Under the pieces are notes generated by a model. The model did not search any database. It had not been told where the DNA came from and saw nothing but the letters and a program-made list of their open reading frames with translations. Of a stretch of 64,000 bases of DNA, positions 1 through 15,100 are shown one piece after another. The stretch's first letter is position 1. Each line of letters opens with the position of its first letter. A program made the translations under genes and the position numbers. This stretch comes from the human T2T-CHM13v2.0 reference genome, Homo sapiens. The stretch lies in NCBI RefSeq assembly GCF_009914755.1, contig NC_060926.1, one strand, 5' to 3'.

Positions 1-535
1 TGTAGGGCATATCACAAGCACATGATAAAGGTTTAGCTTATAGTTCTCCTCCTCATCCTTGTCCTGATACTTGTCCTCATCTTGTTCTTTCTCATTTACT
101 TATGGAAGCATGGCCCTCATCAGTATCAGTGTCTATTGAAGTTTAGCACAAACTTTTCCACTAGTGTCTTTTTCACTAGGTCACAAAGTCCTCAAGGGCA
201 AACATCTTATTCTTCATGATTGTATCCCCAGTGTTTAACACAGTGTCTACGTCTTAATAGACAGTTAACAAAAGTATGACAGAGTGATTATGTGTATAAA
301 TACATGAATGAATTGGTGGATGAGTGCTCCTTGTTATAAGAAACTGAGGTCCATAGAGAATGAGTTGGGTAGCAACTTAAGCATACTCATTCTGTAGGAT
401 TACCATATACGCCTAAAGCCAAAACTAATGCCTTAGTATAGTTTGAATTTCCCTTTGCCCAGAAGGTCCTCTTGTGAATTCTTCTAGCATCTTTCTCCAT
501 CCATCCAGAATTGCAGTGTCTTGAGGAACTTGCTT

Positions 536-1212
<677 letters not shown>

Positions 1213-3249
1213 TAAATCATCATTTTAAGCTTCAAGAACTTCAGAAAACACAGAAATAATTTTCTTACTCCAATAATCAAGACCACATCATCTTATTTAT
1301 TTTCAACCTTCTTTGTCTGTCTTTTCTTCCCAGAATTAAAGTTTGGTTTCCATCTGAGCAACCCTCTCTAGACCCAGGCATCTCACCCCTTCCCGGCTCT
1401 GTTCGTTTGCTGCCTCCCCCATGCCCACCCCATGTGTCTTGGTTGCTTTGCTGTTTCAAAAGTTGGGAGGTGCATTTTTAAGTTTTCAGACACCACGGAT
1501 TTAATTGCAACTGCCAAGGTCTAGTCAGAGCTTGGGAAGTACCTATTTTTCATGATCTGTCATCAGGAGCTGTGATAACTCAGCCATGAGCTCACAACCC
1601 AGAGACCTGCATGGCACACTTTTGAAAACAGAATGAAGCTCTGCAGGGTGCTTCTCCAGAATCCCTCACTCCAACAGGCAATTGCCTCCTTCCTTCTTTC
1701 AGCCTCACCTGGAGGCCCACCCCCGCTTTGGTGTTAACCTTCACCTTGCGTGCCTTCCTCGCAGGCATCATTGCACAGTGCCTTCCCATCTAAAAACTTT
1801 ATTTCACCCCATGCAGAAGGGCTGAGCAGCAGAGCAGCTCCCAACAGAGACTGTGCTTTATTGGAGAGCAGGCCTGGGTTGTGTTAATGCCAGCTGACTT
1901 GAGAACCACAGGGGTGTAGGCAGGGCCAATTAACAGGTGAGATCAGGGTCTCTTAAATGCCAGCTACTGCTCCAGGGGTGGTAGGTCACTAATTGTAGCT
2001 GCACTCCTGCCCTTAAATAAATACACTTCTCTAGCAAGAGGGATTAGTTGCTTGCTTACTTCTCCCTTTAGCCGTATTTATATTTAATTGAAATTCTACT
2101 TTTTAGAGGTTCACTTGCAAGTCACTGTTTTGATGTGGGCCAAGACTAGGGTTAGGCAAGCTAGGTACCTGGGATGCAAAATTTAAGGAGGCCTTTACTC
2201 TCAGGTGTTGATCCTGCACTTGCCTGACACAGGGAACAAGTGTGTCTTTAAATGTCACGCACTGCACACCTGGCTTGTCTCACCCCATTCCAGCTCTTTT
2301 TTTTTTTTTTTTTTGGACCCAGTTATTTTAAGCAAGTGATTCTTTAACACAGATTAGGCAAGTATGGTGAGAGTCACAGGAATGCAAACAGCCTCCCTCC
2401 CTCCTGCAAACCTTCCCTGTCATCTTCCTACTGAACCCTGAAATGTTTTATTAGCCTGTAACAAACCCACCCCCATGTTAGAGCTATTGTTTATTAAGAG
2501 ACTTTTATATGTGGGTTCTCAGCTGGGACCACACTTGGTTATTATTTATTGTCATCTGACAAACCTGTGAGGTTGGTTGGTATCTCAGTTTTGCAGATGA
2601 GCAAACCTGGGGTTAGGGGAGGTGGTTCTTCATATAACCAGTGAGAGGCAGAGCCAGGATTCGACCCAGTCTGTCTCCAGTCTTTCTGACTCCCCAGCAT
2701 CCTATATTCATTGAGCTGCCTTTATACCTAATAGGACACCTGTCACCATGCAAGGTAATGCTATTGAATTTTTCAGCGACAGATTTGAGTGTGGAGGAAG
2801 GCAAGGAGCCAGAAGCCTGAGCCTGTAGGGGCCCAGGAAAAGAATGCAGAGTGGAGATTCTAGAGGTAATGTGAAGGAAAAGTTGGAGAGGCCCTATTCT
2901 CTGACTTTACCTGTTCACAGCTGGGTTGACCTTCTGCAGAATAAAATGCTTCTCTCTCCATGTTCCATGGGTCTTCATCCATCCAGCTTTGTATGATCTC
3001 CTGTTGTAGGGTTGCTGCTTCTGTATGTAGGTCAACTCCTGATCCAGCATGAGCTCCTTGAGGGCCAAGACTGGGCTTGCCTCAGTGCTTTTGTGCAGTG
3101 TTTTAATGGAGCCATGCATAAATCCCAGATTTCTTTTACCACTTTCCCAGAGAATTCTGTTTTGCTCAAAAAACTGTTTTGAAAGAATCAAATCATAAGG
3201 AATTATATAAAGCAGAAATTGAAACACGCTTTCTTTCTCTCAATGCCCC

Positions 3250-4060
3250 GCTCCCGCCACGGTCCCTACTGTTGAGCTGGATGCTCCTTCCTCCAGAAGT
3301 TTCTGTACACAAACACAAATGCACCAACACAAACCCATTCATAGAGACATTTTTAAAAAATTTTTTTCCAGTAGCACAGTCAAACAGTGCACACGTTTTG
3401 TGGATTCTCTTTCTCTATTTAATAGTGCAACGTAGCCTTGGGTCTTCCAGTGCACACAGAATTGTCTCATTTGTTTAGCAGCTATGTGTAGATGTACTAT
3501 AAGTGTTTAATGTCTTCTGATGATGGATACTTGGATTGGACTGATCTTTTCTGGCAGTGAACTTCCTTGTACTAAAATATTTGCACTTTTTTTTTTTTGG
3601 CTTGTATTTTTATGGCTTGGAGTCCTACAGATGGAGTTCCTGGGGCAAATAATATACACTATTGGATTTTGGAGGATATTACAGAGTTGTTTTCGAGGAG
3701 GCTGAGCAGGCTTTCTTTTTAAATTATGAATGGGAATGCCTTTCCTTTGCTTCTCTACTTGAACCTCATTAATATTGTACCAATCTTTAGAACACTTTAG
3801 TCATTGTGAAAAGTTAAAGATGAGATTTAATTGCTGTCTTGATTTACATTTCTTTCATATATTAATAACTTTATTTTTTATGTGTTTATTGCCATTAGTA
3901 TTACATGTTCATTCCCTTAGTCTATTTTTCTTTGGGACTGTTTGTCTTTCTCTATTGAATTCTAAGAGCTTTTCTTATGTTGGGTAAATTAGACATTTTT
4001 TTGTCATACGTATAGGAAATGTCTTCCCTAGTTGTTTGTTCTGTGGGTTATTGTTAGTAG
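3250..4060 (-). mobile_element. Ancient L1 (L1M/L1ME) fragment
   Basis: T-rich with L1 3'-end-like motifs such as gatggatacttggattg and tttaattgctgtcttgatttacatttc. Confidence 0.55.
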
Positions 4061-4487
4061 TAGCATCTTTTACAAAAGCCTTCCTATATTTAAATACTTG
4101 TGAAAATTCAGATTAAGGGCATAAGTTTTGAATGCAGACAGATCTGAGTTCAAACACAGGCCACACAGCTTAGTTTGCAGAAGTCCCTTAAAATATCTGA
4201 GCCTCAGTGTCCATGTGTGATACTTAGAAGTAATGAGAAGGAGATAATGGAACAGGTTAAGCATTGACCAAAATAGATGGAATTAACAGAGGCCAGCTCC
4301 AAAAGTCAGAAGTGGGCTGTGGCCTGTTGCTTCCCTGATCTCCCTTTACTCCCCTTACTGTGGCTCTTCCCTAAAACTCGTCTTGGTCTGGAGCATTGAT
4401 TCCCCCTAAATATGTCCCCTCCATTTCCCACTCCAAGAAAAGCCAGATGAGAAAATTCTGTTGGGCCCCTTCCTGCTTAACAGAAGC

Positions 4488-4547
4488 TGGAAAAAGAAGA
4501 CATTCCCTAAGTTAAGTGGAAAAAGAAGACATTCCCTAAGTTAAGTG
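4488..4547. repeat. Perfect 29-bp tandem duplication
   Basis: tggaaaaagaagacattccctaagttaag at 4488-4516 and 4517-4545. Confidence 0.95.
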
Positions 4548-6170
4548 TGTGTTCTGCCAGCCAGTCCATCCGGCCACCTGACAAAGGTCACTCCAACATT
4601 CTCCCATTTACATGGCTGGAACTTGCTGAGCCTCATCATTTCAGCCTGAGATCAATTTGCTGGATTTTCATTTCATTTTCAAGTTGTACGTTCCCTCTTT
4701 CACTCAGACTAGTAATTTCAGGGGCTATATTATAATTTTGAGTTGTTGCTTTTTTGAGACATTACAAAACATTAAACTGCATTTAGCCTTGAATTGTCAC
4801 TTAAGATTATTGCAGGAAATGAGGGCTTTCTCGATCACAAATGTGACAATAGATGGAGAACACAGCTTCTATTATGACTAAATGGGGACAAAGAGTGAAG
4901 AAGAGTTAAGTACACAGCCACATCTTATGTGGGTGCCAAGGAGCCCAGGGAAACCGAGGCCACTGCTGGAAGGATGAGGGGCTGGGCTCGGTGGTGCTTT
5001 GGGAGGCCACACATGCACCAGGGATGAAGCAGAGCCCCCTTCCCACATAAGCAGGCAAATTATGAGGCTGCCTGGGTTTTCTTATCTCCCATTCCACCCA
5101 ATCCTCCTCTATCTTCAGCATCACCCTCACAAAACCTTTAAAGGCCGGCTTCACTTAATGCCAGGCTGCTGGCCTGTGGTTGTGGAGGTCCCTACGGAAC
5201 TGAGGGCGTTTAGAAGATGGGAGAGGGGCCAAGGGTGGACAGCCCTGGGACCAGGATGTGAAGGCTGAAGGGCCTTGCCCTTTTGTGTTTCTTCAGTTTG
5301 TGGCAGAAATAAACGGGAACTGCCCACAGACTTCCTGGGAGTCGGCAGGCCTGGTAACCCCGAGGACGGACCCAGTAGCACCAGGCAGTGGGGCAGCATC
5401 CACCTCTGCTCCATAACTCTGGCTGCTACACCCCCACAGGCCCTTTTCCAGGGTGCTGGGTTCCTGATGCAGGGTCTGCAGCCCAGTGCACTTTCTTCTC
5501 CACCCGAGGCCAACCCAGCAGGTGCGAGATCATGGTGAGGTGCACACCAACCCTCTCTTTTGCCAAGGCCAAATTTGCTGTGGAATCAGGCTATGCACAT
5601 CCTTAGCAGAAAGCTATGATCACAGCAATTTGAGGCACTGGACTGGGTGGCTGAGAAATCCAGTGAAAGATCCGGCAAGCATGGGTAAGGGCCCTCGCAA
5701 CAGGCTCCATATGTCCTGGCTGGTTTGCCCACCGAGCGTGTCTTTGGTCCCAGCTGGGAAGGCAGAACTGACCTCCACCCCTTGAGCCTTCAGGGGCAGA
5801 ACCTTGTGGCAGGCAGTGACAGTCCCACTTTGTAGACAGTCACAGAACGGCCAAGAAACCAAGTAGAGGGAGCTCATGTTCAAACTATTTCTACCCAGTT
5901 GTGCTTCATTTCTATGGGCAGGAAGGCTGACGGCTTCTCCCCAGAGTGGGAGTTATGTAAGAAGTTTTCATTTAGGAAGTCTCTGTCCCCTGGAACCTGT
6001 CTAGGCACAGCCTCCTGGGAGGAAAGGTGGCTGTCCAATTGGTGCAGATTAGACCTACTTTCCTTGCACTGGCCTGGGTAGTTAGGCAATTTGGTTTCAG
6101 ATCCTTGCCATATACTCTCATCAGTCCTTGGGGCTCAGCAACCTTTTATCCAAAGGCTCCTCCCCAACAT

Positions 6171-6190
6171 ACACACAGACACAGACACAG

Positions 6191-6222
<32 letters not shown>

Positions 6223-6230
6223 ACACACAC
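6171..6230. repeat. Compound (CA)n/(CACAGA)n microsatellite
   Basis: acacacagacacagacacagacacacacac... Confidence 0.92.
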
Positions 6231-6954
6231 TCTCCACACCCTACACCCCACACCACATCCCCATCACTTCAGGATTGCCTCCCAAACCTGCCCTAGCTCT
6301 CTGAATGAGGCCTGCTCACCAGCCCCTTCACCTGCGCAAATCTCTGCCCTTTCTCGTGCTAATCTGCCAAACCCACTGGTGTCAAAATGCTCAACTCCTT
6401 AGCGGGGCTTTCAAGCCTTTATTGATGTGGTCCAAGTCCCCATGCCTCAGTCAGCTGGGGTCTCTCTGTTCAGAATTCAGATTCCTGAACTTCTTCCTGA
6501 GGGTGAGGCCCAGAGGTCTGTGCTTGTAAGCAACTCCCCAGGAGAATTTTTTTTACATGAAAGTTGATAAATACCCAGGCAGTTCCCTCCGGAGGCAGGA
6601 GGCTGCAGCTCCAGCATGAGTTGTCTCAAGATGCCATTAGTGGCCTCAGAGAAATAAGCCCTGGGGACTGGAGGTTTGCCCAGAGGGTTCCTCATGCTGT
6701 GTGCCAGGATCTCGCAATATCTTCTGGCCTGTGACTCAGTCATGAAAGGGACATTCTGAGGAGGGGGACTTCAGCTACTCAGTCACCCCTCCCATCTCAG
6801 TTTCCTGGGACTGTGAATCTCAGAGGCCACACCATCTCCAGTTTCACTGCAAACCCTGCCCCACAGCCCCTGTGTCAGGTCTGGGCTCAGACGCCCCTCC
6901 TTCCCCCCTGCGTGGCTCAGGTGCTCCACATTAGGCAGGGAAGGCCTGGCATGA

Positions 6955-7411
<457 letters not shown>

Positions 7412-8471
7412 ACCTTCACATTTTAAATATGTCCATTCCCCAGAGAAATCGGGAAAGACCTGTTGTGTGTCTCCGGTGCTTGAGTAGTTTCCCTTTGACC
7501 GCAGCTGCTTCCCTGGCTTCAGCCACCCATCCCTAGAGTCCCTCTCCCAGCTGGACCTGGAAGATTTCCAAGTTCCTGCCTCATATCTGGAATTGGCTGT
7601 GCTGAAAACGGGTCCCTGAACTCAGGTGAATTCCCTTAGCTCATTACCAGTGTCTCTCAGAGAGCAAGTTAACACGGAAATGCAAGTGTCACCAGCGTTG
7701 CTGCAGATGACCATGACTTGGCGCTTACCTCTCCCTGAGCCTGGTGTCTAGAGCTGCCAGTGCCCAAGGTCTCAGCAGACCACACAGAGGGTGTCAGCCA
7801 CATGTCTTGACTTGTGATAAGTACTGCTTTATTCTGTTTTCCAATTGATTGGTTCAGAACCTGTTCTACCATCAGCACTGCCAGCTCTCTGTGGGAGAGT
7901 CAGTGCCTGAGATGTCGCTTATCACCTACAGGCCTGGGCAAATGGCCCATGTAGTCTAACACTTGTCAAGTTGCCATTTTGAGGTACAAGTAGGGACAGC
8001 TGGGGTGCCACAGAAGGTTTGAGTATGGTGGAACCAGAGAGATTCCAGCTCAGACCCTGTCTCCAGCCCAGCCAGCTGGTGTCTTTGGACAAGCCTGTTT
8101 CCCAGCTGTTAAGTGGGTTCAGTGATGTCCATCTTCCAAGGTTATTGCAGGGCGTGAATTTATAAAACCCCAAGCTGGGCCTTGGGCAATGCAATACATT
8201 GCAGCCTTCTGGTTCCTTCGTCCTAAGTAAGAAGGCATCTTCTCTATTTCCAGCAGCTTCCATAGGGTGCTGGGGTGTGGGGCATTAGAGAGGTCCTGTC
8301 ACAAATCTCAGGCTGGCGATGAGAGGGATATGCATAGAGATGGCCACCTGTCCACCTAACTCTGCTCATGCTCTCCTGCCCCAGAGGGTACTCCTGCTGA
8401 GGTGAGGGGTCCCCTGGGCTGGGGAGAGACCTTTGAGAAGGACGATGGAAAAATAAAAGTCTGCCAGAATT

Positions 8472-8849
<378 letters not shown>

Positions 8850-9192
8850 TTAGAAAGTGCACTTGAGGCAGTTGGGTTACAGTTTGGCTTTATATATTTC
8901 ATGGAGTCAGAAATTGCAGGTAAAGCCATAAATCAATACCTGGAAGGTATATATTGATTCAGCCTGAAAAAGCTGGATACCGCGAAGCAGAAGCTTACAA
9001 GTCATAGGTAGGTTTAGGGATTCTTTTTGTGGCAATTGATTGAAAGACTTAAGCTTTGTCTAAAAATTTGGAGTTGATAGAAAGGAATACTTAAGTTAAA
9101 ATAAGGGGGTCTGCCACCCATCATGTGATGCCATACCAGAAGAAGGTTGAAAAGTGAGCCACATTGTAGTAGATCAAAAAATAAGACCTGTT

Positions 9193-9492
<300 letters not shown>

Positions 9493-10399
9493 TTAATGAG
9501 ATTTTATGGTTTGTAAGGCATGACTCCCCAGGCCCCTTCAAAAGGAAAAAAAAAGTCAGAGCTCAGTCCTCAAGAAGCTTGCCCAAGCCCCAGAGAGGCA
9601 GTGGAGCCCCTGGGATGGACGAGGGAAGCCCAGCACAGAGTTTCATTGACTTGCCTAAAGCCACACAGCTGGGAAAACCCAGTGCCCTGGACTCCACGCT
9701 CCTGATACCGTTGAAGGAAGATCTGAAAAAGAAGGGCTGTGGCCAGGGGCGCCTGAAGGGAAGGAGAGAGGGACAGTAAAGAAGAGTAAGAAAAGAATGG
9801 AGGGAGAAGGAAGACTGGGACAGTCTGGTGCCACCTCAAAAGTCAGGAATAAAGTTAAAGCTTATAAAAGAAGTTAAACTATTCCCTTTATCCCTTTTCC
9901 TCGCCCTGCCCTTCAAAAAGCGAAGGCAAAAATGACTCAGCATTCAGAGCCCCAGTCCGGAAACCTGGCTCCTCACTAACTAGCTGTGTGGCTTTGGCCA
10001 GTTTCCTAACTTCTCTTGATGTTTCTTTCCTCATTTACAAAATGAGAAGGCTGGGTAAGATGATCTCTGTTGTCTCTTCTAGCTGGAAACATTTCTGTGA
10101 TGATTAAAGCAAAAATCCTGGAACCCCTTCTGCTGTGATTGCTTTGAGGTGGAGAAGCCCGCACAATTGCCTTGGGAAGGTGGCTCACTCCTTTTTAGTT
10201 CAGCCAAGGAAGATTTTGGAATGATGGGAAAGCCAGAAGCAGCCTGGAGCTGATGCTCCAGGGTAGAGGAGCAGCCCACTCCCTTGACCACCCCCTCACC
10301 TCCACCAGCAGCCCAAGATCCTTCTGCCTCCCTGGAAATGGCTTAATTTACATCACAGTAACCTGCTTAAAAGGAAGCCAGGGATAACCTGGGTGACAA

Positions 10400-10760
10400 C
10401 ATGAGTTTGCTAGGGGCTACCATGATAAAATAACGTGGGTTCGGTGGCATAAACAACAGACATATATTGTCTCACAATTCCGGAGGCTAAAAGTCTAAGA
10501 TCAAGGTGTCGGTAGGGTTGGCTCTTGGGGCTTCTCTCCTTGGCTCACAGATGGCCCTCTTCTCCCTGTGTCTTTCTGTGGTTGTCCCTCTTGTCTGTGC
10601 ATGTCTGTGTCCAAATTTCCTCTTCCTGTAAGGACACAAGTCATATTAGATTGGGGCTCATTGTAATGACCCCATTTTACTGTAATTGCCTCGTTAAGAC
10701 CCTATCTCCAAATACAGTAACAATTAGATGTAGCAGTGGTTAGAGATGCAACATATGATC
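10400..10760 (-). mobile_element. MLT1 (ERVL-MaLR) solo LTR
   Basis: tttgctaggg...aaacaacagacatatattgtctcacaattccggaggctaaaagtctaagatcaaggtgtcgg is typical of reverse-strand MLT1. Confidence 0.8.
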
Positions 10761-10819
10761 TTCATGATAGTGACCATGACATTTATTATCAATGCTGGAA
10801 TAATTCGAAAGAAATATTT

Positions 10820-11760
10820 TTGAACTTTTTATTAAAGTTTACAACATACATACTGAAAAGTGCACACATTAGATGTTTATAGCTTGAACATACTCACATA
10901 ACCAGATGACTAGTACTCCTGAAATTTCTGCTTTGTGTCCTCTTGTACTTATTCCCTCTCAGGTAACCATCATTCTGACTTCTAACACCATACCTTAGCT
11001 TCTCTTGTTTTTGTAGTTTCTCTACAAAATCAAACAAAATGTAATCTTCCGCATCTGCCTTCTTCAGTGGACATATGTTTGTGAGATTTGCTCATGTTCT
11101 AGGGTGCAGCTTTAGCCTGCTGATCCTCACTGCTGTGTGCAGTGTATAGTATGTCGTTGCGTGAATATTCCACAGTTAGTCTGTGTTTTCTACCATTGAT
11201 GAGCTTTTGTGTAGTTCCCAGTCGGGGATCAATATAGACCTGAAGATCCTAGTGCATGTCTTTAGGTGGACATATTTTACCCTTTTCTCTTTGCATATAC
11301 TTAGAAGCAAATTTCTGGGTCATAGGTTCTGCACATGAACAGCTCTACTAGAGACTGTCAAACACTTTTCCAGAGTAGTTGCACCAATTTACAACCCACG
11401 CTGGCAGTGTACGGGAGTTCTAGGTGCTCCAATTTTTTTTTTTTTTTTGCTTCTACATGGCTTTTTTACTTCTACATGGCTTTTTGCTTTGCTTCTACGT
11501 GGCTTTTTCCCCTCTACCTTTCTTAATTTGGCCATTCTGTTGAGTACATGGCGACGTCTTGCTGTGGTGTTAATTTGCAGTTATGTGATGACTCCTGATG
11601 AGGGACATCCTGGCATTTGTTGACTGGCCACTTGGCTGGCCTCCTTCCTCTGTGAAGTGCCTTTTCAAGTCTTCTGCCCATTTTCTCTATTGGATTATTT
11701 ATCTTTTTTTCTTGTTGTTTTGTAGGAATACTTTATATATTCTCCATGAGTTTTCTGCTG
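10820..11760 (-). mobile_element. Ancient L1 (L1M) 3' fragment
   Basis: ggtaaccatcattctgacttctaacacc, ttttccagagtagttgcaccaatttac and gtgaagtgccttttcaagtcttctgcccattt. Confidence 0.75.
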
Positions 11761-12190
11761 ATTGTAGGACAATTTTTGGAGTCAAAGTGGGGAGTTGTGG
11801 ATAATAAGCTGTAATAAGTGCCATAAACCAGCACCACTAGACAGATTGGCAAACTTGACTTCTCGGCACATAGTGCATTCCAGTTTTACGAAGATTTAAA
11901 GAGACAAATTTGGAAGCACCAATGGCTCATATGAGAACAGAAGGGGGGGAAATGCCATGTTTTCAGTATACAGCTTTATAGGGCTTTCAGTTCCTTCTCT
12001 TCCTACATCTTTTTGAAGATGTTCACCTTCAGAGTCCAACATTGGAATGAGTTTTTATTCCTCTGTGCTGCTGATTCAGCACTCTGTTTTCTATATGTCT
12101 GTGATCATCTGCCTTAGCTTCATTAACCTTCTGACATTTTATGATTCTCTTAGTCCAACCCCCCAATTTTATTAATAAAGAAACAAGCCT

Positions 12191-12549
<359 letters not shown>

Positions 12550-13149
12550 CTAGAATCCAAGGCTACTGTGCTTTTCTCCAAAGGCATCTTCACAAGTCTT
12601 TAGTATTTAAATCAACCCATAAGTACCTTTGACCATGTACAGGGTCATTGGAGGCATTGGTGTCAGCTGGAATATTGGGGTTGGAGGGCAGGCCCTGGCC
12701 TGGAAGCTGGAGGACTTGGCTGCTGATGATAGTGGCTCAGCGAGCAGCCTCTGCTTTCACATTGGCGAGATAATAAGGCTGCACTACAGTGTCCTCTGAC
12801 AGCCCTTCCATCCCTGAGTTCTACATCCAAAAATGTCTCCCCTGAGGGAAGAGAAAGGAGAGCTGGTTTTTTCTTTTTTTAAACAAGAACCAAGTAAATA
12901 AGTATGGATTTCCTTTGAAAGGAAATGATTGGGTTTCTCTAGTCAATAAAGAGAAAGGAGAGAAATAGGGCTTCAAATAAGTAAACTCCTTTGTGATGTG
13001 AGTGGTATTGAATAGTCTCTCAGTTCAAATGGGCAAAAGGAAATGTCTGTTTATGGTTGGAGGCCTCCAGGTTATCCCTGAGAGACTAAGTGATGTTACC
13101 TTAGGAGGCTGAACAACCTCCCCGCAGGCCACTACATTAAAGACATTTA

Positions 13150-13720
13150 TATAATTGAGACTCTTATGGTTGGAAGTAAGTGAAAACCATATTCACATTG
13201 GCTTAAGAAAAAAGAATGTATTAGCTTATATAATTGAAAAGCCTATAGGTAGATCCTATTTTAGGATTGTAGGATCCAGGCTCAAACAATATTAGAAATA
13301 ATTCTTTCTCCTTCTCACAATGTTATGTCTTTGCCTTCCTGTGCATTGGCAAAGGAGAGCTTTTCAGGGAAGCCGCCCCAGTGTTGGGGATGTCATGGCC
13401 ACAGAGTTACAGGCTTGTTTTCCTGGTTTAGCAACTCCAGCAGAATATTTTTTTTTTTCCAGCAGATGTCCTGAGGTTGCCTCTTACGGGCCTGATCTGG
13501 ATCCCATGTTCATCACGGAGGGGACTGGCCCTGTGTCCCTGATTGTCCACTGCTTCTCTGTGTACCCACCTCTGGGTATAGAGAGCGAGGACTACCTCCA
13601 ACCTGAGCTGGAGGGATTGTCAGGGACAATGGCTCCCCAGAACATCGGGTACTCTTACTGGAGGAAGAGAGGATTAGTTTTAGGCAGGCATGAAAACTGC
13701 TGTCTACTTAACCATCCAAG
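13150..13720 (-). mobile_element. Old MLT1 (J/K-like) LTR remnant
   Basis: ttatggttggaagtaagtgaaaacc...tggcttaagaaaaaagaatgtattagcttatataattgaaaag resembles old MLT1 ends. Confidence 0.5.
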
Positions 13721-14993
13721 TACAACAGTGTGCAGAAAACCACGGAAACTCAGGACAGGATGGTGGCAAGACACTACTTTGTCTTTACCTCAAACCCAGG
13801 ATTCTAGGAAGCAGAGAGAAAGAAATAATATTTATCAAATGTCAATATGCCGAGTAATGATGTACAGTCTCATTTTAGATTCCAGTCATCTTTCATGGAA
13901 GATATTAGTTTCCCGATTTTGCAATCAATGAAAATGAAGATAAGAGGGTTCATAACTTGCTCCTTAGAGTTGCATGCTAGCAAATAAAGGGGCCTAGCTC
14001 ATAAACAAGGGCTCTTGATTCTAAAATCTCCCTCACTGCACAGTGCTGTTTTGGAAACTGGGTTTTCAGTGCCCAGAGCTGTGTGAGTCATAAACATAAA
14101 GTTGAAAGGAGCCTCGGCCGTGGGGGAGGAGAAAAAGATCTAGCTTGGATTTTGCTCCATCCCTAGCAGCTGCCCAGCTGGACAACCTCAGGTGAATTTC
14201 CTGCCTTCTCTGGATCCCCCTTTCCTCATTTACAGCTTGGCAGTGTTGGGAAAATCTATGAGGTGTTCCAAGGCTGACTGTGGCCAGTCTGTGATTAAGT
14301 GAGGGCAGGTGACTGGCTGTGCCAGCAATGACCCAGGTGGACGCATCCCAAAGTGGCTCAGGTGTTATATTTTGGGCTTCTGGTTGTGGTTCTCTACTCC
14401 TATCATTCCACCCCCATGTTGGTTTCCTCTTTTCTCCATCTCAGATGCATCTCAGGGCATGGACTGCCCCCAGCCCCCAAACATGCACCTGAGCAAATAC
14501 AGCCTTGCTCTGGGAAGCATTACTCCTAGAAGAGTTCCAGAATTTCTGGAGCCTAATGTCCTGGAGTTCCAGATTTCTGGAACTTGCCCCACTGGTGCCC
14601 TGAGGCTCCTGCCCTACTGCTTCCCAGCCTTCCTTTCTGGCTTGCACTGGTTTGCTTGGAGGAGTTATTTGGTTTCCTATGTCTTTCTCCATCCTCTCCC
14701 AGACTCAGCTCAGAATGCCCACAGGCTTGGGTCACATCAAACCTGAGAGACCAGCAGACTCAAATGTGGTCTCTCAAGTTTGGGAGGGCCCTGGCAGGAG
14801 AGAGGAGGAGTCCTGCTCCTCACTCATGCAGGGCCAGCAGGCAGCCTCTCCAGAAAATAATTGGGCTGTCCTTTGCCCTCCTGCCCTATCTCCGTCCAGG
14901 CTTTAGAGCGACCTGAAACTACTCTATTCTATCTATGCACATCTTTCTGGGAAAGAGGATAACTGTTTTTTCTCCTTTAAGTTTGTAATCATT

Positions 14994-15100
14994 TTTCTAA
15001 GTACCATTACCCTAGAAAACCATTTTCTAAGTACCATTACCCATTTCTAAGTACCCTTACCCTAATATAAACACCCTATATTTTCTAAGTACCATTACCC
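14994..15100. repeat. Four interspersed 19-bp direct repeats
   Basis: tttctaagtacc(a/c)ttaccc at 14994, 15024, 15044 and 15082. Confidence 0.92.

Noticed and set aside
13320-13931. 203-aa ATG ORF on +
   Set aside because: Overlaps an old MLT1-like remnant, with no recognisable domain and no promoter evidence. Cannot be fully excluded without Ribo-seq.
14994-15100. CRISPR array
   Set aside because: Human intron with no cas genes. Repeats are only 19 bp and spacers are 1-19 nt, partly derived from the repeat.
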